Source: Nanopusillaceae archaeon
GTDB taxonomy: Archaea > Nanobdellota > Nanobdellia > Nanobdellales > Nanobdellaceae
NCBI GenBank assembly: GCA_049974095.1
Contig: JBMFJD010000005.1
Span: 29,189-61,188, forward strand
DNA: 32,000 nt
Direction of reading: 5' to 3'
Positions 1-9,094 of the stretch are shown in pieces. How positions within the stretch are numbered: the first letter of the stretch is position 1; each line of letters opens with the position of its first letter. The notes under the pieces were generated by a model, which made no database searches, was not told where the DNA came from, and was given only the letters and a program-made list of their open reading frames with translations. The position numbers were made by a program, and so were the translations under genes.

Positions 1-69
1 GTGTTCTGGTAAATTTATTTCTTTTATTTTATTCCCTTCTTTATCATAAACTGGTATTATTTTTTCCAT
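1..69 (-). CDS. 5' end of a gene running out of the window; N-terminus resembles archaeal ribosomal protein uL4 (L4P)
   Basis: Minus-strand ATG at 69..67 gives MEKIIPVYDKEGNKIKEINLPEH. This follows the typical uL4 N-terminal pattern (xVYdxxGkxxxeIxLPexF). Only 23 codons are visible. Confidence 0.35.
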   Translation of the reverse strand, partial: MEKIIPVYDKEGNKIKEINLPEH

Positions 70-132
70 GGCTATATTTTTTATATAAAAAACATTTAAA
101 TCTTTATAATAGTTTAAGTCCAATACTTAAAT

Positions 133-1785
133 ATGTATGAAATTTTAAATGACATACTTAAAAGAAGCATATGGGAAATTACTTTAATCTTTATAGTTTC
201 TCTCATAGCAATTATATTGATTGGAATATATTTCCCAGTTTTAAAAGTATATTATCCAGTTTTATATGTTTTTGCAGTATCTCTTTCATTAGAAGTAGTC
301 TTTATTAAATATTATAAACTAAAGAATTCTTTAGATAAGGATTTACTTTATTATATTTCATATCTTTACTCATTATCATTTTCAACTTATAATATTAAAA
401 ATCTATTAGAAATGTCAATTGAAGAAAAAAGAGAATTTAAGGAAATAAATAGTTATATGGAAAGAGTAGTTAATTTAGTTAAAAAATATAATTATACAAT
501 TCCAGAAGCTATTAGATACGTTTTACCTTATGTTCCAAAGGATAATTTTAGAAGTTTTTTAGAGAGATTTGCTACTTCAATAGATATAGGGGAAGATATA
601 TCAGATTTTTTATATAAAGAATATGAAAACGCTATTGCAGTTTATGAAGCAAATTATGAAAAAGGATTAGAAAATATAAGATTATTGGAAGATTTAATAT
701 TATCTTTAATATCTTCTACAGGTTTTGCCTTTTCTTTAATACTTTTTATACCTTTTCTGGTAAATATAAACCTAGTTATCCTTTTATCAGATTTTTTTAT
801 AATATTTATTGTAGTAAATATTCTGATATATTATGTTTCCAAATATTATATACCTGACGATAGTATATGGTCAAGATCAAGTGAAAAACCAAAAGAATAT
901 AAAAATATTATATATATGTTTTATTTTTTAGTCCTTCTATCTTATTTTTTATTCTTAATATTATTTTTAATTACAAAAATTCCTTTTTTAGCCTCTGTGG
1001 CAATTGCAATTACTCCTTTAACATATGTAGGTTATAGAATGATAAACCTTGAAAAAATATTAAAAAATAAAGAAAATAAATTTCCAGCATTCTTTAGCAG
1101 TATAATTGAATATTCTCAAATTTTTGGGAATAATCAAACAAAAATATTGGATAATGTAGTAATGCATGATTTTGGACAATTAAATGAGGATATAGATAAA
1201 TTAAGAAAAAGAATAAATATTACAAAAAATTATGAAAAATCATGGAGCTATTTTGTAGGAGAAATAGGAAGTAGATTATCTGAAAGAATAATTAAAGTAT
1301 TTGAAAGAATATTAGAATATAGTGGAGATACAAAAAAAGCTGGAGATATGCTATATAATATATTAATAAAGATTATTAATTTAAGAACTAGAAAAGAACA
1401 ATTTATATCAAGTTTAAGGGGAATAGTATATGGTACATATATTGCTTTTGTTTCCATTTTATTTATAATGTTACAAATTACTTATAGTATGAATCAAATG
1501 TTTCAAGGAATATCTACAGCACTAGGATCTACAACAATTACCCAAATAGGTATTAATTTATATACATTAAATATACCAATAGTTATCTTAAATATGTATG
1601 TATTTATTTTATCTATAATTGAAGCTTTTATATTATCTTTTACAATAAAAAATATTGATGGAGGATCTAAATTTGGAGCTTTTATGGATATAACAATATT
1701 AATCTGGATTGCAGCATTATTAAATATAGGAATACACTACACATTTACATATATATTCTCTGGTTTATCCTTTGTAAAATTATAA
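133..1785 (+). CDS. Polytopic membrane platform protein of the FlaJ(ArlJ)/TadC type (two T2SS-F-like cytoplasmic domains)
   Basis: 550 aa. An N-terminal TM pair is followed by a soluble helical domain of about 130 aa (..YNYTIPEAIRYVLPYVPKDNFRSFLERFATSIDIGEDISDFLYKEYE..). A TM block and a second similar domain follow (..FPAFFSSIIEYSQIFGNNQTKILDNV..GDTKKAGDMLYNIL..), then C-terminal TMs. This is the duplicated architecture of archaellum and type IV pilus platform proteins. Confidence 0.6.
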   Translation: MYEILNDILKRSIWEITLIFIVSLIAIILIGIYFPVLKVYYPVLYVFAVSLSLEVVFIKYYKLKNSLDKDLLYYISYLYSLSFSTYNIKNLLEMSIEEKREFKEINSYMERVVNLVKKYNYTIPEAIRYVLPYVPKDNFRSFLERFATSIDIGEDISDFLYKEYENAIAVYEANYEKGLENIRLLEDLILSLISSTGFAFSLILFIPFLVNINLVILLSDFFIIFIVVNILIYYVSKYYIPDDSIWSRSSEKPKEYKNIIYMFYFLVLLSYFLFLILFLITKIPFLASVAIAITPLTYVGYRMINLEKILKNKENKFPAFFSSIIEYSQIFGNNQTKILDNVVMHDFGQLNEDIDKLRKRINITKNYEKSWSYFVGEIGSRLSERIIKVFERILEYSGDTKKAGDMLYNILIKIINLRTRKEQFISSLRGIVYGTYIAFVSILFIMLQITYSMNQMFQGISTALGSTTITQIGINLYTLNIPIVILNMYVFILSIIEAFILSFTIKNIDGGSKFGAFMDITILIWIAALLNIGIHYTFTYIFSGLSFVKL

Positions 1786-2223
1786 ATCTAGTTTTCTTTC
1801 TTTAGGTATAAAATCCTTTAATTCTTTATTTTTTATATAAACACTACCTAATATATCTTTACCATCTTTTGCAATATAATATCCATCTTCAGCATCTATT
1901 AAGATTCCCTTTTGATTTTCACTTTTATAAAATAGTTTATTCTTTTCAATATTGATTATTTTACTTGCATTTAATCCAAATAATTGTGCTCCTTCTATAC
2001 TAAATCTATAGTTATTTTTTTCTATCTTTATTATATATAATCCATTATTTCTTATATATTTTTCATCTAAAAAATCTGGAAAATTCCTATTAAACATATA
2101 TATTTTTTCTTTTGTTGAAAAAAATCTATATTTCTTTAATATTTCTCTATCTATTTTTATTCCATAATATTCTTCTATTTTTTTAAATATTTCTTCAACT
2201 TCTCTTTTATTTAATTCCTTCAT
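1780..2223 (-). CDS. Small Nip7-like / PUA-domain protein (ribosome-biogenesis type)
   Basis: 147 aa. An N-terminal alpha/beta module is followed by a C-terminal PUA-like segment (..DGKDILGSVYIKNKELKDFIPKERKL) resembling archaeal Nip7 C-termini. The start overlaps the rfcL stop in an ATGA overlap. Confidence 0.4.
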   Translation of the reverse strand: MKELNKREVEEIFKKIEEYYGIKIDREILKKYRFFSTKEKIYMFNRNFPDFLDEKYIRNNGLYIIKIEKNNYRFSIEGAQLFGLNASKIINIEKNKLFYKSENQKGILIDAEDGYYIAKDGKDILGSVYIKNKELKDFIPKERKLDL

Positions 2224-3446
2224 AACTTCTTTATAGCTTCCTTTATAAATTCTATTTCCTCATCTTTAAATCCAAGATCTTTTGCATATTCTTCTCCTAT
2301 TTTTTGATTCTTTTCCATAAGATATATTAACATATTTATATAAACGTCTCTTATCCTTTTTGTGGAAGTATGTACTCTTTGTTTTAAATTTTTAGATAAT
2401 TCCGCAATCTTATCTCTTATTTCTTTATTTTGTGATAATTTTCTAACATATGTTGGCATTCTATATTTTGTAAATTTATTATATCTTTTCTCTTTAGATA
2501 ACGAAACTCCTGCATACATTAATGTAGTAAAATATTTTAGTAAATCCCAATATTGTCTTTTAAATATCCTTCCATAAAATGTTATTGCAATAGATAACCA
2601 ATTATATGCACTAAATATTTCCCTTATATCTTCATACTCATTAGATATATTTTCCTCAATCCATGGTTTTATTTCTTCAGGATCCATATCTACATTAACA
2701 AATGGAATTGTAGCACCAGAGATTGTTGATGCCTTAAACATTTGTCCCAATGCTTGGAATATTGTAATCTCTCTTTCTCTATATCCTAATACTTCTAACT
2801 CCTTTATTGTAATTTCTTTACCCATAGAAGCCAATGTTTGCAAATCATTTATTGCACTCCTTAAATCACCAGAAGATCTTTCAGCAAGTGCTTTTAATAC
2901 ATTATCATCAACATTTAATTTTTCATTTGCTGCAATTCTTTTTAATTGCCTATATATATCAGTAACTGATAACTTTTTGTACTCAATCATATTACAAATG
3001 TCTCTTAATTTTCTAAATTTTAGATCCCATGGATCATTTGCAGTTAATATTATTGGCCATCTACTTTTCTCAATAATATTTATTATCGCTCCTATTCCAC
3101 CTTTATCTTGAAATCCTACCATTCCATCAACTTCATCTATTAGTATAATTCTTCCCTTCTTAAAGAAAGGTTTCCCGAGTATTGCTTCATCCAATTTTTC
3201 ATGTAATCTCCTTGCATTTCTAGTATCAGAAGCATTTATCTCTATTACTTCATAATTTAAATCATTAGCAATAGCATAAATTGAAGATGTTTTTCCAACC
3301 CCTGGAGGACCATATAATAATAACGCTTTCTTTTGAACATTTGGATATTTTTCTATAAATTCTTTTATTTTTCCAATTGCATTTGATTGATTAATTATTT
3401 CATTTATATGCTTAGGAGCATACTTTTTTATCCATGGAATATCCAT
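2220..3446 (-). CDS. rfcL: Replication factor C large subunit
   Basis: N-terminus PWIKKYAPKHINEI. Walker A LLLYGPPGVGKTS, DEAD-like IILIDEVDG, and SGDLRSAINDLQ (sensor-2 region). At 408 aa it is shorter than typical RfcL. Confidence 0.9.
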   Translation of the reverse strand: MDIPWIKKYAPKHINEIINQSNAIGKIKEFIEKYPNVQKKALLLYGPPGVGKTSSIYAIANDLNYEVIEINASDTRNARRLHEKLDEAILGKPFFKKGRIILIDEVDGMVGFQDKGGIGAIINIIEKSRWPIILTANDPWDLKFRKLRDICNMIEYKKLSVTDIYRQLKRIAANEKLNVDDNVLKALAERSSGDLRSAINDLQTLASMGKEITIKELEVLGYREREITIFQALGQMFKASTISGATIPFVNVDMDPEEIKPWIEENISNEYEDIREIFSAYNWLSIAITFYGRIFKRQYWDLLKYFTTLMYAGVSLSKEKRYNKFTKYRMPTYVRKLSQNKEIRDKIAELSKNLKQRVHTSTKRIRDVYINMLIYLMEKNQKIGEEYAKDLGFKDEEIEFIKEAIKKL

Positions 3447-3477
3447 ATCTATATTATTTATTTTATATTATTAAAAG

Positions 3478-3882
3478 TTAATGAAAGAAAAGAGAGAAAA
3501 TAGAATTGCTTGATTGTATGGAACATGGAACTACTGCTTGATATGTTTGATTACTAACATTATAATATATTATAACTAATACTTCTCCAGCTGTTATAGA
3601 ATTATTTAATTCACAAGCGCTCATTGAATTTGCATATATATTCCCTAAATTACAGTTTTCATTTTGATTAAAATTATAAACAGTTACATTATAAAGATCT
3701 TGTTTTGCAGTTAATATTATTACAGATAATCCATTTGAATATTTGCAATTGTAAGAGAAATATTTTAAGTATGGTGGAAAATAAGAGGTAATATAATACA
3801 AATAGAATGCTGATAATATTGCTATAACAAAGATTACTATTATTATCCATAAAACAAATTTTGGAATCTTTGAAAGATCCAT
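3478..3882 (-). CDS. Small signal-anchored (type II membrane or secreted) protein, unknown function
   Basis: 134 aa. A single N-terminal TM (FVLWIIIVIFVIAILSAFYLYYI) is followed by about 100 aa of beta-rich sequence with 4 Cys and 4 N-x-S/T sequons. It lies tightly between rfcS and rfcL on the same strand. Confidence 0.5.
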   Translation of the reverse strand: MDLSKIPKFVLWIIIVIFVIAILSAFYLYYITSYFPPYLKYFSYNCKYSNGLSVIILTAKQDLYNVTVYNFNQNENCNLGNIYANSMSACELNNSITAGEVLVIIYYNVSNQTYQAVVPCSIQSSNSIFSLFFH

Positions 3883-3886
3883 TATA

Positions 3887-4150
3887 TTAAATTGTTAATT
3901 TAACATAAAAATATTTCTTTCTTATTTCTATCTTCATATTTTTAATCATCTCATTATATAAATTTTCATCAATATATTGAATTTCATTATATAGATATTT
4001 ATTAATAATGTAATCTAAAAGAACTCTTTTTAATAATAGTTCATTCTTACTTATTATTTCCTCAAAAGATATTGAAGAATTATAATTTTCTATTATATCT
4101 CTAATAATATAAGTAGGTATCTCAAACTCGTATTCTATTTCATAACTCAT
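3887..4150 (-). CDS. Hypothetical small acidic protein
   Basis: 87-aa ORF, same strand as and 4 nt upstream of the next gene. No recognisable motif. Confidence 0.4.
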   Translation of the reverse strand: MSYEIEYEFEIPTYIIRDIIENYNSSISFEEIISKNELLLKRVLLDYIINKYLYNEIQYIDENLYNEMIKNMKIEIRKKYFYVKLTI

Positions 4151-4247
4151 TATAATCTATAATCCGTACCTAAATATAAACAATTGCTTTATATTTTTGA
4201 AATTCAAAAACGATAATCAAAAATTTATATATATTTATATATAATAT

Positions 4248-5213
4248 TTATTTCTTATTTTGTATTCCTTTTAATCCCAAATATGCTAATAATGCACCTA
4301 GTTGGACAATTGGATCGGATCCTTCTAATAATCTATATTCTATTTCTCCAGCAAAATATATTATATCTAATTTTTCCCTATCTGGTATATTTAATGAATA
4401 TATTTCTTTTGACAAATATTTTATTATATCCTCACCAGCTAATCCATATTTTAACATTACATCTATCAATTTTTCTCTAGCTTCTACAAATTTTCCTTGG
4501 TATGCTAAATTTAATATTTCTTGTAATTCTTTTGGCTTTGCAACAGATGCTACATCATATATTAAATCTGGAGTAATGTTTTTTGAATATAATGCTGCTG
4601 CTTGTAAGATATTTATTGATTTTCTCATATCTCCTTCAGAGATATAATATATTGCTTCTAATGCTTCTTGAGATATATTTAATCCTTCATTATTTGCAAT
4701 ATTTTTTAATATTTCAAATACAGCTTCTTTTGGTAATTGTTTAAATCTGAATACAACAGTTCTTGACTGAATAGGTTCAATTATTTTTGAGGAATAATTA
4801 CATGATAAAATAAATCTTGTTGTTGCAGAATATTCTTCCATAATTCTTCTTAATGCCTGTTGAGCATCCCTTGTCATTGCATCTGCTTCATCAAGAAACA
4901 CTATTTTAAATGGAACATCCCCTATTGGTTTTGTTCTAGCAAATTCTTTTACTTTTTCTCTTATTACATCAATACCTCTATCGTCAGAAGCATTCAATTG
5001 TAATACATTTTGTTCCCAATTTTCTCCATATAATTCCCTTGCCAATGCTAATGCTGCAGTAGTTTTTCCAACACCAGCAGGTCCTGAAAATAATAAATGA
5101 GGCATATTCTTATTTTCTACAAATGCTTTTAGATGTTTAATAATTTCATCCTGACCTTTTATATCATCTAACTTTTTTGGTCTATATTTCTCAGTCCATA
5201 TTTCATATGTCAT
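4248..5213 (-). CDS. rfcS: Replication factor C small subunit
   Basis: [16 protein letters not shown], Walker [18 protein letters not shown] box [13 protein letters not shown]-region motif [12 protein letters not shown], and [11 protein letters not shown]. 321 aa with no intein. Confidence 0.95.
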   Translation of the reverse strand: MTYEIWTEKYRPKKLDDIKGQDEIIKHLKAFVENKNMPHLLFSGPAGVGKTTAALALARELYGENWEQNVLQLNASDDRGIDVIREKVKEFARTKPIGDVPFKIVFLDEADAMTRDAQQALRRIMEEYSATTRFILSCNYSSKIIEPIQSRTVVFRFKQLPKEAVFEILKNIANNEGLNISQEALEAIYYISEGDMRKSINILQAAALYSKNITPDLIYDVASVAKPKELQEILNLAYQGKFVEAREKLIDVMLKYGLAGEDIIKYLSKEIYSLNIPDREKLDIIYFAGEIEYRLLEGSDPIVQLGALLAYLGLKGIQNKK

Positions 5214-5251
5214 AAATTACTAATTTAAATTAAAATTAATAAATAAATATT

Positions 5252-5911
5252 ATGGACATTGAATATATAACACACAATAATTTGAAAATATATTACAAAA
5301 TTTTCGATTTAGAATGTTATCCTCCAAAAGAAGATTCTTTTTTATTGAATGACTATATAAAAGAGTTTGCTAATAATAAAAAAATATTAGATGTTGGTTG
5401 CGGATCTGGAATACAAGGATTAGAAGCATATAAATATAGTAGAAATATTTCTTTTTCAGATATATCTCCAGAATGCTTAAAAATATCAAAAATAAACTTT
5501 TATATAAATTATATTAACCCTAATTTAGATATTGAAAAATTATATAAAAATATAGATAATATAAACTTACCAGTAAAATTTTATTTATCAGATCTATTTT
5601 CAAATATAAATGATAATTTTGATTTAATTCTATTTAATCCCCCATATTTACCAGAGATAGAATATGAAGAAATAAAAGTAAGAAGATGGGTTTCCGGAGG
5701 AAAAGAGGGATATGAAACAATTGATAAATTTTTATATCAATCTATAACAAGATTAAATAAATTCGGAGAAATATTAATAGTAATGTCTTCAATAAACAAT
5801 CCCCAGGCTTTACTAAATAAATATTCAAAATTCTTTTACTATAAGGTTATAGATAACGCTCATTTTTTCTTTGAAGATATATATCTGATATATTTAAAAA
5901 GAAAATTCTAA
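5252..5911 (+). CDS. SAM-dependent methyltransferase of the HemK/PrmC/Mtq2 type (N5-glutamine or N6-adenine class, NPPY motif)
   Basis: SAM-binding motif I LDVGCGSGIQG and catalytic LILFNPPYLP. Confidence 0.7.
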   Translation: MDIEYITHNNLKIYYKIFDLECYPPKEDSFLLNDYIKEFANNKKILDVGCGSGIQGLEAYKYSRNISFSDISPECLKISKINFYINYINPNLDIEKLYKNIDNINLPVKFYLSDLFSNINDNFDLILFNPPYLPEIEYEEIKVRRWVSGGKEGYETIDKFLYQSITRLNKFGEILIVMSSINNPQALLNKYSKFFYYKVIDNAHFFFEDIYLIYLKRKF

Positions 5912-5921
5912 AATAGAGAAT

Positions 5922-6674
5922 ATGATAATTGATGATCATGCTCATTTATTTTTATATAAAGAAAAATCTGATGAAAAGATTAAAGAAAATATTGAAAAGG
6001 GGGTAAAATATATTGTAGAGAATTCTTTGGATAAAGAATCAATAAATATCGTAATTGAAGAAGCAAAAAAATATGATATAATTTATTATGCTTTAGGATT
6101 ATATCCCGAGGAAATTGAAAAAATGAGTGATAAAGAAATTGAAGAAGTATTAGAATTTATTGAAAAAAATAATGACAAAAAATTTGTTGCAATTGGAGAA
6201 GTAGGATTAGATTACGCACATCCTACAAATGATGATTTAATTAAGAAACAAAAATATTATTTTGAAAAATTCTTAGAATTATCAGAAAAATTAGACAAAC
6301 CAATAATAATACATACCAGAAAAGCAGAGGAGGGTATATTAGAAATATTAACAAGTTATAATAATAAAAGAATATTACATACATTTTGGAAACCATCTTT
6401 AGCAAATAAAGCAATAGATATCGGATGTTATTTATCAATACCTTCAATTATATATAGAGATAATGGATTTCAAAAAATTGTAAAGAAAGTTCCATTAGAA
6501 TTTATATTAACAGAAACTGATGCCCCTTTTTTAGATCCTATAGAAAAAGGTATGAATAATAATTCTTGGAAAATAATTTATTCTTTACAAAAAATTTCAG
6601 AAATCAAAAAAATGGATATTAAAGAAGTAGAGGAAACTATTTTTAATAATTTCAAAAAATTATTTAATATATGA
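5922..6674 (+). CDS. tatD: TatD-family metal-dependent hydrolase/DNase
   Basis: N-terminal IIDDHAHL, GEVGLDY, PIIIHTR and TETDAPFL are the canonical TatD metal-ligand motifs. Confidence 0.85.
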   Translation: MIIDDHAHLFLYKEKSDEKIKENIEKGVKYIVENSLDKESINIVIEEAKKYDIIYYALGLYPEEIEKMSDKEIEEVLEFIEKNNDKKFVAIGEVGLDYAHPTNDDLIKKQKYYFEKFLELSEKLDKPIIIHTRKAEEGILEILTSYNNKRILHTFWKPSLANKAIDIGCYLSIPSIIYRDNGFQKIVKKVPLEFILTETDAPFLDPIEKGMNNNSWKIIYSLQKISEIKKMDIKEVEETIFNNFKKLFNI

Positions 6675-6718
6675 TGAAAATACCTTCTCTGATAAGTGAT
6701 GTAGAACCCGGAAACTGA
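6671..6718 (+). ncRNA. C/D box sRNA candidate (2'-O-methylation guide)
   Basis: Box C AUGAUGA at 6671-6677, then an 11-nt guide AAAUACCUUCU. Box D' CUGA at 6689-6692, then a 3-nt spacer. Box C' GUGAUGU at 6696-6702, then a 12-nt guide AGAACCCGGAAA. Box D CUGA at 6715-6718. It sits in the 72-nt tatD-xth spacer, and box C overlaps the tatD stop codon. Confidence 0.7.
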
Positions 6719-6746
6719 TATAAATTTTTTAAAAAAATAAAGGAAT

Positions 6747-7496
6747 ATGAAAATTGTTTCTTGGAATATTAACGGATTAAGATCTATAATGAAAAAAGGA
6801 TTGATAAATATAATACAAAAATTAAATGCAGATTTTTATTTATTTCAAGAAATAAAAACAAAAGATATTCCAATAATATTCCAATTATTAGGATTTAAAG
6901 TATATAGCTTCCCTGCAGAAAGAAAAGGATACAGTGGAGTATTAACATTAGCAAAAAAAGAACCAATAAATTATTATTATGGAATTGGAGAAAAGAAATT
7001 TGATATAGAAGGGAGAGTTACTATATTAGAATATGATAAATTTTATTTAATAAATATATATTTTCCAAATGCTGGACAAGATACATTAAAAAGATTAGAT
7101 TTTAAATTAGAATTTAATAAAAAATTTGAAGAATATATTCTATCATTAAAGAAACCCTGTATAATTTGCGGGGATTTTAATGTTGCACATAAAGAAATAG
7201 ATATATATGCTCCAGATAAATTTAGAAGATATGCAGGATTTACTGATGAAGAAAGACAATGGTTTGATCATTTTTTATCTTTAGGATTTATAGATACTTT
7301 TAGATATATAAAAGGAAATATAATAAAATATTCTTGGTTCTCTCCAAGAGGAAATGCTAGAAAAAAGAATTTGGGATGGAGAATAGATTATTGTGTTATA
7401 AGTAAAGAATTAAAAGATAAAATAAAAGACGCAGATATTTTATATGATATATATGGATCTGACCATTTACCAGTAGTACTTGAACTAAATATATAA
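6747..7496 (+). CDS. xth: Exodeoxyribonuclease III / AP endonuclease (EEP family)
   Basis: MKIVSWNINGLRS, LFQEIK, GDFNVAH, and WRIDY..SDHLPV at the C-terminus. Confidence 0.9.
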   Translation: MKIVSWNINGLRSIMKKGLINIIQKLNADFYLFQEIKTKDIPIIFQLLGFKVYSFPAERKGYSGVLTLAKKEPINYYYGIGEKKFDIEGRVTILEYDKFYLINIYFPNAGQDTLKRLDFKLEFNKKFEEYILSLKKPCIICGDFNVAHKEIDIYAPDKFRRYAGFTDEERQWFDHFLSLGFIDTFRYIKGNIIKYSWFSPRGNARKKNLGWRIDYCVISKELKDKIKDADILYDIYGSDHLPVVLELNI

Positions 7497-7519
7497 AGTA
7501 AGAAAATAAAATAAAGATA

Positions 7520-9073
7520 ATGGGAGTAAATTTATTACAAGAAAAGCCAAAAATAGAAATAAAAAATGAAGAATTAAAATCAATAATAAAATATGACCAA
7601 GATGGATTACCAATATTTCCAGCATTTATCAATGGACAATGGTATTATGGAAATGGGGAATATATAACAATAGTTTCCCCAATAGATTTATCTCCTATAG
7701 CAAAAATACCAAAAATACAATATGAAATTGTGGAAAATGAAATAAATAGGTTATACGAAGAAGGAAGATGGATAATTAGAGATACTCCAGGATTTAAAAG
7801 ATTAGAAGGATTTATGAAAACTGCAGAATTATTAGATAAATTTAAGGACGATTTCGTAAATGTATTAATGATAAATGTAGGAAAAACAAGATCCCAGGCA
7901 TTAGGAGAAATAAATTCTACAATAGAAAGAATAAAAAGATCATATATTGATGTAAGAAAAATATATGGAGAATATTTATCTGGAGATTGGAGTAATGATT
8001 ATTTAGAATCTGAAGCAACAATAAAAAGAGAACCATTAGGATTAATATTAGGAATATCTCCATTTAATTATCCATTATTTGATTCCGTAAATAAAATATT
8101 ATTCTCAATGTTATCTGGAAATGTTATATTATTTAAACCTCCATCAGCAGATCCCTTGGCAGTAATATTATATATTAGATTAATGGAATTAGCAGGTTTG
8201 CCAATGAAATCTATATCATTAATAACTGTACCTGGAAGAGAAATGAATAAAATAGTCGCAAATAAAAAGATTGCTTCAATATTATTTACAGGTTCTTCAG
8301 AAACTGGAGAAGAAATATTAAAAAATGCTGGAATAAAGCAATTTTTAATGGAATTAGGAGGAGGAGACCCTACATTTGTATTAAATGATGCAGATATAGA
8401 TTATGCAGCACAAAGAGTTGCAATGGGAATTACATCTTTCTCTGGACAAAGATGTGATTCAATAAAATTAATATTGGTAGAGGAAAAAGTATATGATCAA
8501 TTTAAACAAAAATTAATTGAAGAATTATCAAAAGTAAAGATTGGTGATCCAAGAGATCCAAATACAACATTTGGTCCAATAATTGATACAAAAACAGTTG
8601 ATGAATTTGTATATGCAGTAGAAGATGCAAAACAAAAGGGAGGAAGAATATTATTTGGAGGAAATAGATTAGGACCAACATATATAGAACCAACATTAAT
8701 TGAAGTAGATAAAGAAAATGTAAGGAATTTATATTTATTTAATAAGGAAGTATTCCTATCAGTTGCATTATTAGTAAAAGTAAGCAATATTGACGAAGCA
8801 ATAAAAATTGCAAATGATAGAAGATATGGATTAGATGTTGCAATATTTGGACATGATATAGAAAAAATAAGAAGAATTGCAAGATTTGTTGATGTAGGAT
8901 CAGTATATATAAATGATTTCCCAAGACATGGAATTGGATATTATCCATATGGAGGAAGAAAAGATTCTGGAATTGGAAAAGAGGGATTAGGATATGGATT
9001 CGAAGCAACTACTACATATAAATCAATAGTATATAATTATAAAGGAGGAAAAGTATGGGAATATATTATTTAA
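7520..9073 (+). CDS. Aldehyde dehydrogenase family protein, probably non-phosphorylating glyceraldehyde-3-phosphate dehydrogenase (GAPN-like)
   Basis: ALDH motifs are FTGSSETGEEI, the catalytic Glu region MELGGGDP and the catalytic Cys region SGQRCDSIK. The size of about 510 aa and the archaeal context fit GAPN. Substrate assignment is inference. Confidence 0.7.
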   Translation: MGVNLLQEKPKIEIKNEELKSIIKYDQDGLPIFPAFINGQWYYGNGEYITIVSPIDLSPIAKIPKIQYEIVENEINRLYEEGRWIIRDTPGFKRLEGFMKTAELLDKFKDDFVNVLMINVGKTRSQALGEINSTIERIKRSYIDVRKIYGEYLSGDWSNDYLESEATIKREPLGLILGISPFNYPLFDSVNKILFSMLSGNVILFKPPSADPLAVILYIRLMELAGLPMKSISLITVPGREMNKIVANKKIASILFTGSSETGEEILKNAGIKQFLMELGGGDPTFVLNDADIDYAAQRVAMGITSFSGQRCDSIKLILVEEKVYDQFKQKLIEELSKVKIGDPRDPNTTFGPIIDTKTVDEFVYAVEDAKQKGGRILFGGNRLGPTYIEPTLIEVDKENVRNLYLFNKEVFLSVALLVKVSNIDEAIKIANDRRYGLDVAIFGHDIEKIRRIARFVDVGSVYINDFPRHGIGYYPYGGRKDSGIGKEGLGYGFEATTTYKSIVYNYKGGKVWEYII

Positions 9074-9094
9074 TTTAATTTTTTGTACTATATT

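Noticed and set aside
4151-4247. The longest intergenic spacer (97 nt, between rfcS and the 87-aa ORF) as a possible small RNA locus.
   Set aside because: It is entirely AT-rich, with no box motifs or GC-rich stems. On the minus strand it reads as oligo-T tracts (a likely rfcS terminator) followed by TATA-like sequence for the next gene.
6703-6714. Possible targeting of the tRNA-Gly T-arm by the D guide of sRNA 1. The target sequence UUUCCGGGUUCU compares with tRNA-Gly ..GACCCGGGUUCGAG...
   Set aside because: Only 8 contiguous complementary nucleotides flanked by mismatches. The predicted modified position (about C50) is not a known 2'-O-methyl site. An rRNA target outside the window is more likely.
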